From the NCBI GenBank assembly GCA_963790205.1, contig CAWBNQ010000003.1, forward strand, positions 352,001 through 416,000: 64,000 nt of DNA, given 5' to 3'. The position numbers and the translations under genes were made by a program. Shown here piece by piece: positions 23,315 to 34,217 of the stretch. A model generated the notes under the pieces. That model was given only the letters and a program-made list of their open reading frames with translations. It was not told the origin of the DNA and ran no database searches. The DNA is from Nitrospirota bacterium (GTDB lineage: Bacteria > Nitrospirota > UBA9217). Numbering within the stretch: the first letter of the stretch is position 1; every line of letters begins with the position of its first letter.

Positions 23315-24205
23315 CTATTTCTGCTTCCTCGCCTTCGGATGCGCCCTGTCATAGACGTCCATCAGCGAGTCGAGGTTGAGATGGGTGTACCGCTGGGTGG
23401 TCGAAAGGCTCGCATGGCCCAGGAGCTCCTGGATGGCCCGCAGGTCCGCTCCGGATTCGAGCATGTGCGTGGCGAAGCTGTGCCTGAGCGTGTGCGGGCT
23501 CGCCTTCTGCTGCAGCCCCAGTTTTTTTCTATAGTTTTCTAAAATACGCTGAACCGTTCGAGCTGTCAAGCGTTTTCCCGCCGGGCCGCTGAATACCGCC
23601 GAAAGCTCGGTGCCCACGGGCTTTGACCGAACATAGGCGTCGATGGCGTCGAGCGCCTTATGTCCGATCGGCACAACGCGCTCCTTGCGTCCCTTGCCCC
23701 TGATGCGGATGAGCCGGTCATGGACGTCGATATCCTCATGGTTCATCCCGATGAGCTCGCTCGCGCGAATTCCGGTGGAGTATAGGGTTTCCAGAACGGC
23801 CCGGTCCCTGAGTTCGACGCCGGGAACCCCGGTCTTTTTCCCTCGCGGCGCTTCCATGAGCCGCTGGGCATCGTCGGCGGTCAGCACGACGGGGAGGCGC
23901 TTTTCCCTGCGCGGTGTCGAAACGAGCCTTGCCGGGTTCGCCGTGAGGACGCCTTGCCGGTTCAGATATTTGAAGAAGGTCCTCAGCGTGGACAGCTTCC
24001 TGGCGATAGAGGATTTTCGTACATCGAGCTTCATGAGATGCGCCAAGAATTGACGAAGGAATAGATGGTCGACTGAAGCCAGGTCCATAGTACCAAGAAA
24101 ATCGAAGAACTGGTCCAGGTCAGAGAGGTAGCTCCGCTCGGTGTGGGGTGAAGTATTTTTTTCATGCTTGAGGTACTGGAGGAAGTCAAAGACGCGCCTG
24201 CGCAT
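23315..24205 (-). CDS. xerC: Tyrosine recombinase XerC
   Basis: LYSTGIRASE, GKGRKER, HTLRHSFATH, LLGH..TTQRY; topA-xerC-hslVU context. Confidence 0.93.
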   Translation of the reverse strand: MRRRVFDFLQYLKHEKNTSPHTERSYLSDLDQFFDFLGTMDLASVDHLFLRQFLAHLMKLDVRKSSIARKLSTLRTFFKYLNRQGVLTANPARLVSTPRREKRLPVVLTADDAQRLMEAPRGKKTGVPGVELRDRAVLETLYSTGIRASELIGMNHEDIDVHDRLIRIRGKGRKERVVPIGHKALDAIDAYVRSKPVGTELSAVFSGPAGKRLTARTVQRILENYRKKLGLQQKASPHTLRHSFATHMLESGADLRAIQELLGHASLSTTQRYTHLNLDSLMDVYDRAHPKARKQK

Positions 24206-24331
24206 AAGGTTACTTTAGCGTAACCGATGGGATTTTGCAAGAGGGAGGCACATGCGGATTTCGGATAGAGGAATAAAAAAACGATGGAAAGAGACGGGGC
24301 CTCGGGCAAGGAATGAGAGACGATGGACGTG

Positions 24332-26632
24332 TTATGTTGCTTCCGTTTTCTGTACGCTTTCTTCCGTGCCCTGGCCTTCCACTTTCGGCTCTTCTTTATA
24401 CCCGCACTCTTTCTTCAGGCAGGCGATGTAGGGGCCGGTCTTCTTGGAATACTTTTCCACGAGGAACGGCGCATTGCACTGCGGGCACGCGCGGGGCAGG
24501 GGCTTATACCAGGTGGCGAACTTGCAGTCGGGATAATTCGCGCAGGAGTAGAACATTTTCCCGAAGCGGGAGCGCCGCTCCACGAGCATGCCGCCGTCCT
24601 CGGGACAGGCAACGCCCGTCGACATGCCCTGGGTGTGGTTGCACTCGGGGTAGCGCGAACAGGCGAGGAACTTTCCGAACCGGCCCCGTTTGACGACCAT
24701 GGGCGATTTGCACTTGGGACAAAGCTCGTCCGTGGTTTCTTCGGGCGCAGCCTCCACCTCGCCGTTCTCCTTGCGGATAAAGGGCCTGGTCGTCTTGCAC
24801 TCCGGATAGCCGCTGCAGGCAAGGAACTGGCCGTTCCGGCCCCACTTGATCACCATGGGCTTGCCGCATTTTTCGCAGGCAATGTCCGTGGGCGTCAGTT
24901 CGGCCTTGAAGTCCTTCATCTCTGCCTGGGCCTTCTCGAGGCTTTCGTTGAAGGGTTTGTAAAAATCCTTCACGGCGCTTACCCAGGGCATCTGTCCTTC
25001 TTCGATCTTGTCGAGCTCTTCCTCCATTTTCGCGGTGAAGGCGACGTCCATGATCACCGGGAAGTGGTTCACGAGAAGGTCGCACACGAGCACCCCGAGC
25101 TCGGTCGGCCGGAACTTGTTCTCCATTTTCTGGACGTAGTCCCGTTCCTGGATCGTGGAGATGATCGCGGCGTAGGTGCTCGGCCGGCCGATGCCTTTTT
25201 CCTCCAGCGTCTTGACGAGCAGGGCCTCGGAAAACCGCGGGGGCGGCTGGGTAAAATGCTGTTTGGGGTCGAGTTTGACGAGCGAGAGCGCCTCTCCCTC
25301 GGTGAGCGGCGGAAGAACGGCCTCCCCGTTTTCCTCTTCTGACGGCGCCTGATCTTCCGCCTTTTCTTCCATATAGACGGCCATGAAGCCGGGGAATTTC
25401 ACGACCGAGCCCGTGGCACGGAACGTATAGACTCCGGCTTTGATATCGACCGAGGTCTGGTCGATGATCGCCGGGTTCATCTGGCTCGCAACGAAACGGT
25501 TCCAGATGAGCTTGTAGAGCTTGTACTGGTCGGGCTCCAGATACTGTTTGATCGCATCCGGTTCCCGCAAGACCGACGTGGGGCGGACGGCTTCGTGCGC
25601 TTCCTGGGCGCTCTTGGCGCTGGCGTACACGGGCGGCTTTTCCGGTACATACTCCTTGCCGTATTTATTCGCAATGAGTTCCCGCGCCTCGTCCTGCGCT
25701 TCCTTGCCCACGCGGGTGGAATCGGTCCTCATGTACGTGATAAGGCCGACGGTGCCTTCCTTGCCCACGTCCACGCCTTCATAGAGCGACTGGGCAATGC
25801 CCATCGTTCTCTTGGAGGTGAAGCCGAGCTTCCGGCCCCCCTCCTGCTGGAGCTTGCTCGTGGTAAAGGGCGGCACGGGATTGCGGCGGCGCTCCTTTTT
25901 GTCCACCTTGGCGACGGAATACGATGCGCCCTGGAGCTCGGCGAGGATCTTTTGCACCTCGTCGTTGTTTTTTACCCGGAGCTTTTCCTCGTCTTTTCTG
26001 AGGAGCTTGGCCTCGAACTGCGGCGGCAGTTTCCCTTCGAGGAGCGCTGTAAGGGACCAGAACTCTTCGGGGACGAAGGCCTTGATCTCTTCCTCGCGCT
26101 CGACGATCAGGCGCAGGGCCACGGACTGCACGCGGCCGGCCGAGAGCCCGCGCCGCACCTTTTTCCAGAGGATGGGGCTGATCTGGTAGCCGACGAGCCG
26201 GTCGAGGATGCGCCGCGCCTGCTGAGCGTCGACCTTGTTCGCGTCAACCTTGCCGGGATGCTCGATGGCCAGGAGGATGGCCTTCTTGGTGATCTCGTTG
26301 AACAGTACGCGGTAGACTTCCTCGTGCTTGATGCTTCCCGATATGACCTCTGCAACATGCGCGGCAATGGCTTCTCCTTCGCGGTCCGGGTCGGTCGCGA
26401 TCAGAATCCGGTCGGCTTTCTTGGCGGCGGACTTGAGTTCCTTCACGACCGGGGCTTTGCCCTTGATCACGATGTACTTGGGCTCGAAGTTGTTTTCGAT
26501 ATCGACGCCGAGCTTGCTCTTGGGCAGGTCCATGATGTGGCCCACGGAGGCCTTGACCGTGTAATCCTTGCCCAGATACTTGGCAATGGTCTTTGCTTTT
26601 GCCGGCGATTCGACTATGACGAGTGATTTCAT
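24332..26632 (-). CDS. topA: DNA topoisomerase I
   Basis: LVIVESPAK, ATDPDREGE, ITYMRTD, C-terminal zinc ribbons. Confidence 0.98.
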   Translation of the reverse strand: MKSLVIVESPAKAKTIAKYLGKDYTVKASVGHIMDLPKSKLGVDIENNFEPKYIVIKGKAPVVKELKSAAKKADRILIATDPDREGEAIAAHVAEVISGSIKHEEVYRVLFNEITKKAILLAIEHPGKVDANKVDAQQARRILDRLVGYQISPILWKKVRRGLSAGRVQSVALRLIVEREEEIKAFVPEEFWSLTALLEGKLPPQFEAKLLRKDEEKLRVKNNDEVQKILAELQGASYSVAKVDKKERRRNPVPPFTTSKLQQEGGRKLGFTSKRTMGIAQSLYEGVDVGKEGTVGLITYMRTDSTRVGKEAQDEARELIANKYGKEYVPEKPPVYASAKSAQEAHEAVRPTSVLREPDAIKQYLEPDQYKLYKLIWNRFVASQMNPAIIDQTSVDIKAGVYTFRATGSVVKFPGFMAVYMEEKAEDQAPSEEENGEAVLPPLTEGEALSLVKLDPKQHFTQPPPRFSEALLVKTLEEKGIGRPSTYAAIISTIQERDYVQKMENKFRPTELGVLVCDLLVNHFPVIMDVAFTAKMEEELDKIEEGQMPWVSAVKDFYKPFNESLEKAQAEMKDFKAELTPTDIACEKCGKPMVIKWGRNGQFLACSGYPECKTTRPFIRKENGEVEAAPEETTDELCPKCKSPMVVKRGRFGKFLACSRYPECNHTQGMSTGVACPEDGGMLVERRSRFGKMFYSCANYPDCKFATWYKPLPRACPQCNAPFLVEKYSKKTGPYIACLKKECGYKEEPKVEGQGTEESVQKTEAT

Positions 26633-26728
26633 AATTTAAAACCTTTTACCGCAGGAACGAAGAGAGCGTAATTTTTAATTCTCGGATCGAGGTCGCTGAG
26701 GTATAGAGTTATAAGTATAACCGGTCTT

Positions 26729-27205
26729 TTAATTCCAGGCGGTGTTTTTTATTCGCCGCAGATTAGAGAGGGCAGAATGCTCCTGTTCATGGGCGCTCAT
26801 GAACAGGATAAGGGCGATCAACGTCTTCATGACCGGGAGATCGATCGTGCCCGAGTGCATGTTCATGGCCTTCTCGAGCAGTTCCTCCCGCTGATCTTCG
26901 GAAATAATGTCGAGGAGCGTAAGCTTCAATACGAAGCTGAAAGCGTCCGCCGAGAACCGTCCGCGCTCTTCCCGGGTCATGGTCCTGATCCTGAGCGACT
27001 GGAAGGCGTGCTCAGGCTCAAAAAACGTATCGGTCTCTTTTTGCACCAGCGTCTGCATGAGCGTAAGAGCGGCATCCGCTTCATGGAGATGATAGCCGTT
27101 ATTCAACAGCGCCTGCATGATCTTGCCTTCTTCATCGAACAGTTCCCGCTTGTTCCGCACCTGGTCCGCAATAAGCGAGAACATGTTCATCATAAGTTCG
27201 TCCAC
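26729..27205 (-). CDS. Smg/DUF494 family protein
   Basis: Lies between dprA and topA; GGAGG RBS before GTG 27205; LLNNGY..EADAAL..R..T.EE pattern. Confidence 0.7.
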   Translation of the reverse strand: MDELMMNMFSLIADQVRNKRELFDEEGKIMQALLNNGYHLHEADAALTLMQTLVQKETDTFFEPEHAFQSLRIRTMTREERGRFSADAFSFVLKLTLLDIISEDQREELLEKAMNMHSGTIDLPVMKTLIALILFMSAHEQEHSALSNLRRIKNTAWN

Positions 27206-27330
27206 AAAGAAACCTCCGTAAATTTGCCGCGGAGCACGCAGAGCGCGCGAAGCAAAAGAGTAAAGAGGCGACATGCAAAGTCTAGCCTTAAAACTCCGCG
27301 CTCCCGGCGGTCTCCTCGGTCAAAAGCCTC

Positions 27331-28422
27331 TTATTCTTCCCGCACATAATACTTCCCCGGAAGCTGTTTTGCCAGTTCTTTCAATTCCAGGGTGATTAGG
27401 ACCCCGCTCAGCCTGCCTGCGGCAAGGCGGGACTCATTCATGATGACGTCGATATGCCTGGGCTCGCTCGTAATACAGCTGAGAACGGATTCCTCATCCG
27501 GGGTGAGCGCCGGCGGCCGCGTCCCGCTCTTCCGGTTCGTCCCGGGTCGTTTTATTCCGAAGCTCCGCAAGATGTCATCGGAGCCTTCCACCAGGACGGC
27601 TCCCCGCTTGATGAGACTGTTCGTTCCCCGGCTGTTCGGCGAGCTGATGTTACCGGGCACGGCAAAAAGTTTTCTGCCCTGTTCGAACGTGTAATTCGCG
27701 GTGATGAGCGACCCGCTGTCTTCCGTCGCTTCTATGATTACCGTTCCGCGCGAAAGCCCGCTGATGATCCGGTTCCGGGCGGGAAAGTAACCGGCCTCCG
27801 GCTTCGTGCCGAATGGGTTCTCGGTCACGACGGCGCCGCTGCTGCTGATCCGTTCCAGGAGGTCGCTGTTCTCGGGCGGATAGACGATGTCGATGCCGCA
27901 CCCGAGCACCGCGATCGTTCTGCCCTTTGCCGCAAGCGCGCCCCGGTGCGCCTGGGTATCGATGCCCCGCGCCAGGCCGCTCACGATGGTGAGCCCGGCC
28001 GCGGCCAGCTCGTAGGCGATCCGATGTGTCACGGTCAGGCCGTAGTGCGTCGGTTTGCGCGTGCCCACGATCGCGACGCCGTCCCCATCCCCCAGGCTGC
28101 CCTTTATATAAAGGAGGAGCGGAGGGTCCGGCGTGTTCCTGAGCGAAGGGGGATACGCTGTGTCGTCGGCGAGAATGATCCGGACCCCGGCTTTTCGCGC
28201 TTTTTCCAGTTCTTTTTCCGCGTACTCGCGCCACGAGAAAGACGCGATGTCGGCGATTACCCTCTCCGACAAGCCTGCGTTGTCCAGTTCATCCCGCGGC
28301 GCGGTAAGCGCCTGCTCCGGCGAGCCAAAATGATGCGCAAGCTTCCTGAAGGTGACCCTCCCGACTCCGGGGATGCTGCTGAGCCCTATCCAGAAGAGCG
28401 CAGGATCGTTGCTTTTTTGCAT
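27331..28422 (-). CDS. dprA: DNA-processing protein DprA
   Basis: VAIVGTR, IVSGLARGID..AH, FPARNRIISG, SGSLIT. Confidence 0.96.
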   Translation of the reverse strand: MQKSNDPALFWIGLSSIPGVGRVTFRKLAHHFGSPEQALTAPRDELDNAGLSERVIADIASFSWREYAEKELEKARKAGVRIILADDTAYPPSLRNTPDPPLLLYIKGSLGDGDGVAIVGTRKPTHYGLTVTHRIAYELAAAGLTIVSGLARGIDTQAHRGALAAKGRTIAVLGCGIDIVYPPENSDLLERISSSGAVVTENPFGTKPEAGYFPARNRIISGLSRGTVIIEATEDSGSLITANYTFEQGRKLFAVPGNISSPNSRGTNSLIKRGAVLVEGSDDILRSFGIKRPGTNRKSGTRPPALTPDEESVLSCITSEPRHIDVIMNESRLAAGRLSGVLITLELKELAKQLPGKYYVREE

Positions 28423-28649
28423 GCGGCTGTCCGTCGTACAGCGGTTTTATGCACTTAAGGGTAGAAATTATACAGACTCAGGGGAGATAGTCAAGGATTT
28501 TTTTGGTTTGCGCGTATATTCCGATTGAAAATTGCGGCCATAAGTCGGATAATGCGGCAATACCGTTGGAGATGACGCCTCGCGAGACTGAGGAAATCCG
28601 TTCGCGGACCGAAAGCGGGTTCACGGCTGACATTCAAGGAAATAAATCA

Positions 28650-30959
28650 GTGAAGGATGACGACGCCATAAAAGAGCCGCACGATAACGACAGGCAAAAT
28701 GCGGAGGACTCGCTCCGCGAAGCGGAACAGCGCTATCGCACCCTGTTCAGGCAATCCCCTGATGGCATTCTGATCATTGATACTGAGGGAAAGTTCATTG
28801 ATTTCAATGAAGCGGCGCACGTTCAACTCGGCTACTCGCGCGAGGAGTTCGAGAAACTGCGCATTGCCGACATCGATCCCCATCAGAGTCCTGAGGAGAT
28901 ACGGGCCTCGATCGAAGAGGTTTTCAAGAAGGGCAGCGCGGAGCTCGAAGTCAAGCATAAAACCAAGAGCGGAGAAATGCGGGACGTCCACGTCATTACC
29001 CAGTTGATGGTGTTGTCCGGCCGCACGGTTTTTCACACCATCTGGCGCGATGTGACCGAGCACAAACGCGCAGACGAGGCCCTTATCGAATCGGAAAAAA
29101 AATACCGGGACTTGTTTGAAAACGCAAATGATGCGATATTGATCGTCGGTCCGGCCCTAAATTTTATCGATGTGAACAAGAGGGCCACGGAAATTTTCGG
29201 TTATTCGAGAGAAGAATATTTAACCATGAGGATCCTCGATGTGATCCCGCCGGAGCAGGTCCCCCGGTCGGAAACCGCCTTCACCTCATTAAGAGAAAAA
29301 GGCTCCTATGAAAAGTTCACCGGGAAAAGCCGCACAAAAGACGGGCGCTGGCTCGATGTCGAGGTCAGCTCTTCTGCAATTATTCATGATGGGAAAATCG
29401 TCGGATCGAGAGACATCCTAAGGGACATTACCGAAAGAAAACGCGCGGAAGATGCGCTGCGGTCGAGCGAAAATTATCTGCAAACGATCATTGAGACGGA
29501 ACCGGAATGTGTCAAGCTCATTGCTTCCGACGGCGCTTTGCTCATGATGAACCGTTCCGGCCTTGCCATGCTCGAGGCTGACTCCCTTGACCAGGTCAAA
29601 GGGCAATCGGTTTATCAGCTCGTAGCTCCAGAGCACCGCGAGGCCTTCAAGGCGCATGTGAAAACGATTTTCCAGGGCAAACAGGGGATACTCGAATTCG
29701 ACATGGTGGGCATCAAGGGCAGGCGGCTTCGTCTGGAAAGCCATTCCGTCCCTCTTCGCAACGCAAAAGATGAAATAATCGCCTTGCTCGGTGTAACCCG
29801 CGACATTACGGAGCGCAAAAAACTGGAAGAAGAGCTCGTCAAGGCGCAGAAACTCGAATCAGTGGGTCTTCTTGCCGGCGGCATCGCGCATGATTTCAAC
29901 AACCTGCTGACCGCGATTTTAGGCAATATCAACCTCGCAAAAATGTATCTCAAAACCGAGGACAAGGCACTTGAACGGATCGTTGAAGCGGAAAGAGCGT
30001 CTCTCCGTGCGAAGGACCTGACCCATCAGTTGCTGACCTTTTCCAGGGGCGGGGCCCCCGTCAAAAAAACAGCCTCCATAGCAGAAGTAATAAAAGAGTC
30101 GGCGCGGTTCGCCTTGAGAGGGTCCAAGGTGCAATGCGATTTTGTCATTCCCAACAACCTCCGGCCTGTTGAAATAGATGAAGGGCAGATGAGCCAGGTG
30201 GTCAATAACCTGATCATCAACGCCGACCAGGCCATGCCCGGAGGAGGCGGGATCAAAGTGGAGTGCCGCAATGTTGCCGTTCAAGAGGCGGATGCCCTGC
30301 CGTTAAAAGAAGGGGAATATGTAAAAATATCCTTTGAGGACCACGGCAGCGGCATATCACCGGAACATATTTCCAGGATATTCGACCCGTATTTTACCAC
30401 AAAAGAGAAGGGAAGCGGCCTCGGACTTGCTACGACCTACTCTATTATCAAGAGGCATGACGGCACTATTACGGTGGAATCCGCGCCGGGGGCCGGAGCA
30501 ACGTTTCATATCTACCTTCCCGCATCTGAAGCAAGGAACTTGCCAGAGAAAGTAAAAGAGGAAACCTTTTGCACGGGAACCGGAAAGATCCTGGTAATGG
30601 ACGATGAAAGAATAGTGAGGGAAGTCTCCGCGGAGATTTTGAAAAACCTTGGATATGAGGTCGAGGTTGCCAAAGACGGAACTGAAGTAATAATGTTGTA
30701 TACAAAGGCCAAAGAATCAGGAAAGGCCTTTCACGCCGTCATCATGGACATTACGGTCCCCGGCGGCATGGGGGGCGAAGAAGCCATCAAAAAACTGCGC
30801 GAATTTGACCCCGGAATCAAAGCGATCGTCTCAAGCGGTTATTCGAATGATCCCATAATGGCCCACTTCGGCAAATACGGTTTTAAAGAGGTAATCGAAA
30901 AACCGTATACCAGCTCCGCTCTCGGCAAGATACTGCATAAGGTGCTCGCAGAACCGTAG
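28650..30959 (+). CDS. Cytoplasmic hybrid sensor histidine kinase (3 PAS + HisKA + HATPase + receiver)
   Basis: Three PAS/PAC repeats ending RDITERK, GGIAHDFNN H-box, FTTK..GSGLGL, receiver ILVMDDE..IMDITVPG; GTG start after AAGGA. Confidence 0.93.
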   Translation: MKDDDAIKEPHDNDRQNAEDSLREAEQRYRTLFRQSPDGILIIDTEGKFIDFNEAAHVQLGYSREEFEKLRIADIDPHQSPEEIRASIEEVFKKGSAELEVKHKTKSGEMRDVHVITQLMVLSGRTVFHTIWRDVTEHKRADEALIESEKKYRDLFENANDAILIVGPALNFIDVNKRATEIFGYSREEYLTMRILDVIPPEQVPRSETAFTSLREKGSYEKFTGKSRTKDGRWLDVEVSSSAIIHDGKIVGSRDILRDITERKRAEDALRSSENYLQTIIETEPECVKLIASDGALLMMNRSGLAMLEADSLDQVKGQSVYQLVAPEHREAFKAHVKTIFQGKQGILEFDMVGIKGRRLRLESHSVPLRNAKDEIIALLGVTRDITERKKLEEELVKAQKLESVGLLAGGIAHDFNNLLTAILGNINLAKMYLKTEDKALERIVEAERASLRAKDLTHQLLTFSRGGAPVKKTASIAEVIKESARFALRGSKVQCDFVIPNNLRPVEIDEGQMSQVVNNLIINADQAMPGGGGIKVECRNVAVQEADALPLKEGEYVKISFEDHGSGISPEHISRIFDPYFTTKEKGSGLGLATTYSIIKRHDGTITVESAPGAGATFHIYLPASEARNLPEKVKEETFCTGTGKILVMDDERIVREVSAEILKNLGYEVEVAKDGTEVIMLYTKAKESGKAFHAVIMDITVPGGMGGEEAIKKLREFDPGIKAIVSSGYSNDPIMAHFGKYGFKEVIEKPYTSSALGKILHKVLAEP

Positions 30960-31024
30960 AGCGCCTGTCTCGGACAATTCTTTTCTACCCGAACCAAACC
31001 CTCTTACGCCCTCTCAGCAGAGAA

Positions 31025-31660
31025 TTAAATGCTTCTCGATGGGCAGATCTCGAATAACACGCATTCGCTGTGCTTCGGATTTCTCGCCTGGCAGACCGCC
31101 CTTCCGTGGAAGATAAGAAGATGAGAGAGGTTTCCCCAATCCTTCTGAGGAGTGACGACGATCAGGTCCTGTTCTACCTTGACCGGGTCGTCGTGTTTTG
31201 TAAGGCCGAGCCGGAAAGCGAGCCGCTTCACGTGGGTGTCCACGGCGATCCCTTCGTTGACGCCGAAGGCGCTCGACAGCACGATGTTCGCCGTCTTTCT
31301 CGCGACCCCCGGAAGGGTGATCAGTTCCTCCATCGTCTGCGGCACGTTCCCGTCGAACTTTTCGATCAACATCTTCGCTGTCTTGTTGATGCTCTTTGCC
31401 TTGTTGTTGAAGAAGTTGACGGAGCGAATGTCCTGGGAGAGCTTTTCCGGGGTGGTGTCCGCGAAGTCCTGCAGGGACCGGTATTTTTTAAAGAGCCCTT
31501 CAGTCACTCTGTTCACCAGTACGTCCGTGGTTTGGGCCGAAAGGATGGTCGCAATGAGCAACTCGAAGGGCGTGGAGAAACGGAGGGCCGTCTGCGGCGT
31601 CCCGGCGTATACCTTTTTCAGTTTCTTCAGAATTTCCGTTACCTGCTTCTTCCTGTCCAT
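31025..31660 (-). CDS. nth: Endonuclease III
   Basis: ILSAQTTD, LPGVARKTAN HhH, AVDTHV, C-terminal Fe-S Cys cluster (second Cys is His). Confidence 0.95.
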   Translation of the reverse strand: MDRKKQVTEILKKLKKVYAGTPQTALRFSTPFELLIATILSAQTTDVLVNRVTEGLFKKYRSLQDFADTTPEKLSQDIRSVNFFNNKAKSINKTAKMLIEKFDGNVPQTMEELITLPGVARKTANIVLSSAFGVNEGIAVDTHVKRLAFRLGLTKHDDPVKVEQDLIVVTPQKDWGNLSHLLIFHGRAVCQARNPKHSECVLFEICPSRSI

Positions 31661-31702
31661 GGCAGCTCCTCATTATTAATACATTCCTGATTCAGCAGCA
31701 CC

Positions 31703-32398
31703 CTATCGGGAGCGGTTCTTATATGTTTTTATGCGCTTGTACGCCGTCGGGAAAAGCGCTAAGGCCGCCAGGACCGTCAAAGCGACGATCACCCGAGCGG
31801 AGAGGATTTCGGAGACTGCATTGATCGTTCCGATCTGGCGCCCGGCATAAGCGAATATGATAGTAACGGGGACGATCCCGAGCGCCGTTGTCCAGACGAA
31901 TGTCTTGACGGGTATGCTCGTGAGCCCTGATAAAAAATTGATCATAAAGAAGGGAAACGCAGGGATCAGCCGTACGGTCAGCAGGTATCGCGGACCGTTC
32001 TTCTCCATTTCCGCGTTGAAAGCGCCGAGCTGTTTCCGGTATTTTTCCTGCAGCCAGGTCCCGAGCAGATACCGGGCGGTCAGGAAGGCGAGGATCGCGC
32101 CGATCGTGGCGCCGATGTCTATATAGACGGTCGCGGACAGTACGCCGAACAGGAAACCGCCCGCGAGGGTCATGATCCCGGCCCCGGGGATCGAGAGGGC
32201 GGCGATGACGATGTATGAGACGATGTATGCCGCTACGGACTGAAGGTAATGGTCCCGCACGAACGCAAAGAAGAACTCCCGGTTCTTCTTCAGATTTTCA
32301 AAGGTCAGAATATCGCCGATTGGGGAAAGTCGCATGGCGACGATAACGGCAATAAGGAAAAATATGAATATAACTTTTTTATTCCGATTAAGCATGCA
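31703..32398 (-). CDS. TVP38/TMEM64 (DedA/SNARE-associated) membrane protein
   Basis: TLAGGFLFG, RLIPAFPF..IN, multiple TM helices; start uncertain. Confidence 0.88.
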   Translation of the reverse strand, partial: CMLNRNKKVIFIFFLIAVIVAMRLSPIGDILTFENLKKNREFFFAFVRDHYLQSVAAYIVSYIVIAALSIPGAGIMTLAGGFLFGVLSATVYIDIGATIGAILAFLTARYLLGTWLQEKYRKQLGAFNAEMEKNGPRYLLTVRLIPAFPFFMINFLSGLTSIPVKTFVWTTALGIVPVTIIFAYAGRQIGTINAVSEILSARVIVALTVLAALALFPTAYKRIKTYKNRSR

Positions 32399-32440
32399 TA
32401 AGAAGTTCCTTCCTAAGAAGTAATCGTTCACAATGATGCT

Positions 32441-33205
32441 TCATTGCGCGGGGGTGATGAGGAACCCCCACAACTGCTGCCACTTCGCTTCCCGGAATCG
32501 CGGCAGCCCGATCGTGATGAGGCGCGTGTCCTCCCTTGACCTGAACGATCGATACAGTCGGTCCCAGACCGAGAGAAGGCTCGTATAGTTCGAGTTGGTT
32601 TCAGCTGGTTCCGCCGAATGGTGCACCCGATGCATGTTCGGGGTAACGATCGCCATGCGAAGCAGGCGGTCCCATCGCTCCGGCACGTCCAGATTGCTGT
32701 GGTGAAAGAGTGTCGAAAGATTCAGCAGTGCCTCGAAGAAGACGAGTTGGACGAAGCTCATGCCGAGGAGGACGAGCACCGGCATCCGGATGAACGTCGA
32801 GAGGACGAGTTCGCCGGGGTGAAACCGGAGAGCCGTGGTTGTGTCCATCTCGATGTCCGCATGGTGGGCCCGGTGAAACCGCCAGAAAAACCCGACCCGG
32901 TGGTTCAATCGATGCCAGAGGTACATCCAGATATCGAAAAGCACGAAGACGATCACGGTTTCGGTGTACAGCGAAAAAGAGAACCAACGGGTGAGCCCCA
33001 GTGCGTTGCTCTCGGCCCAGTTTATAACCTGGAGCGTCATTCCCGCGAGAACGAACCTCGTCAGCAGCCCGTTCAGGAGCGCGGTCAGAATATGGGGAAA
33101 GGCATGCCGCAGTCTTGACGTACGGCCGCGGTAATGAGGGACAATGCCTTCGAGAACGAAGATCACGACAAGGGCGATGAAAATAAGGAGCGGCTTTTTG
33201 TCCAT
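32441..33205 (-). CDS. Sterol desaturase / fatty-acid hydroxylase family protein
   Basis: His boxes WHRLNH, FHRAHH, FHHSN, HRVHH. Confidence 0.9.
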   Translation of the reverse strand: MDKKPLLIFIALVVIFVLEGIVPHYRGRTSRLRHAFPHILTALLNGLLTRFVLAGMTLQVINWAESNALGLTRWFSFSLYTETVIVFVLFDIWMYLWHRLNHRVGFFWRFHRAHHADIEMDTTTALRFHPGELVLSTFIRMPVLVLLGMSFVQLVFFEALLNLSTLFHHSNLDVPERWDRLLRMAIVTPNMHRVHHSAEPAETNSNYTSLLSVWDRLYRSFRSREDTRLITIGLPRFREAKWQQLWGFLITPAQ

Positions 33206-33383
33206 TCGGCTCTTTTCGGGAAACGCACGTTCCGCTTTTGATGAACTCGTAAAAAAATATTTACTGAAGAGGACGCGGAGAAGCCGGAAAAAACTTCACA
33301 TTTGAGCGTCTTGTGTCCGCGCCCGGAGCCGGCCCCCGACCCGGTCGGGGGCGCTCTCTCAATGAACTCTCCTTGTTACGATT

Positions 33384-34064
33384 TTATTTTTTTACACAAA
33401 TTTCATTTTTCATAAGATACGTCATGGTCCTCGATTTGTCAAATTCAGTGCCTTTGCTCCGCCTGCAGAGCGCATTCAGGTCCTCCATGGTATCCACGTC
33501 ATTCCACTTCGGGGCCTGATGCATCGAGAGCGCTGAATTTTGCAGTATCGCCTTCGTTTCCTGAAAAACCGTTTCCGTGCTCCAGGGTATCCCCTGGAAC
33601 ACTCGCGGCACAAGCGTATGTTTATGAAAACCGATCAGGTAATACCCTCCATCGGAAGCCGGGCCGATGACCACATCATTCTCCGCAAGCGAGGCCATCG
33701 CCCCCTGAAGCACCGCAGGGGTGAGGTCGGGGAGGTCGCTTCCGATGAGGATGGCGCGTTCAAAACCTTCCGAAAAACACCGGATAAATGCGTTCTCCAT
33801 GCGCTCACCGAGGTCGCCGCCCTGCTGAGGCATGATGCGGAACCGCCCAGCGAGCCAGGAGGACACCTCTGCCCGGGCGTCAGGCGGATAATAGCATATG
33901 CTGAAGGGATAGCCGGTCTTTTTCACCGTATCTATGACATCGAGGATGAAGTTCTTGTAAAGCTCGAGCGCCGTCTCATCGCCTATGACAGCGGCCAAAC
34001 GCGATTTTACCTGCCCCCTGACCGGGGCCTTGATGAAGAGAAGGATGATGGATTTAACGGACAT
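33384..34064 (-). CDS. TIGR04282/DUF2064-type glycosyltransferase-like protein
   Basis: KAP..GQVKSRL, QQGGDLGERM, LIGSDLP, GPASDGGYYLIG, W.DVDT.EDL. Confidence 0.88.
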   Translation of the reverse strand: MSVKSIILLFIKAPVRGQVKSRLAAVIGDETALELYKNFILDVIDTVKKTGYPFSICYYPPDARAEVSSWLAGRFRIMPQQGGDLGERMENAFIRCFSEGFERAILIGSDLPDLTPAVLQGAMASLAENDVVIGPASDGGYYLIGFHKHTLVPRVFQGIPWSTETVFQETKAILQNSALSMHQAPKWNDVDTMEDLNALCRRSKGTEFDKSRTMTYLMKNEICVKK

Positions 34065-34217
34065 GTACTCAACGCAAATTCCATACGAGCGCAAGATAGT
34101 GAGTCGTACTTTGTATAGAGTATTGCATAAAGAGGGGATCAATTCAAGGGCCAAGTCGGGCATTCGGTTGCTCATGAAGAGCTGAAAGAGATATAATATA
34201 ACCAAGAGGAGTAGTTT

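Noticed and set aside
23315..24205. Tyrosine recombinase as a mobile-element integrase
   Set aside because: Standard topA-xerC-hslVU context; no att sites or cargo
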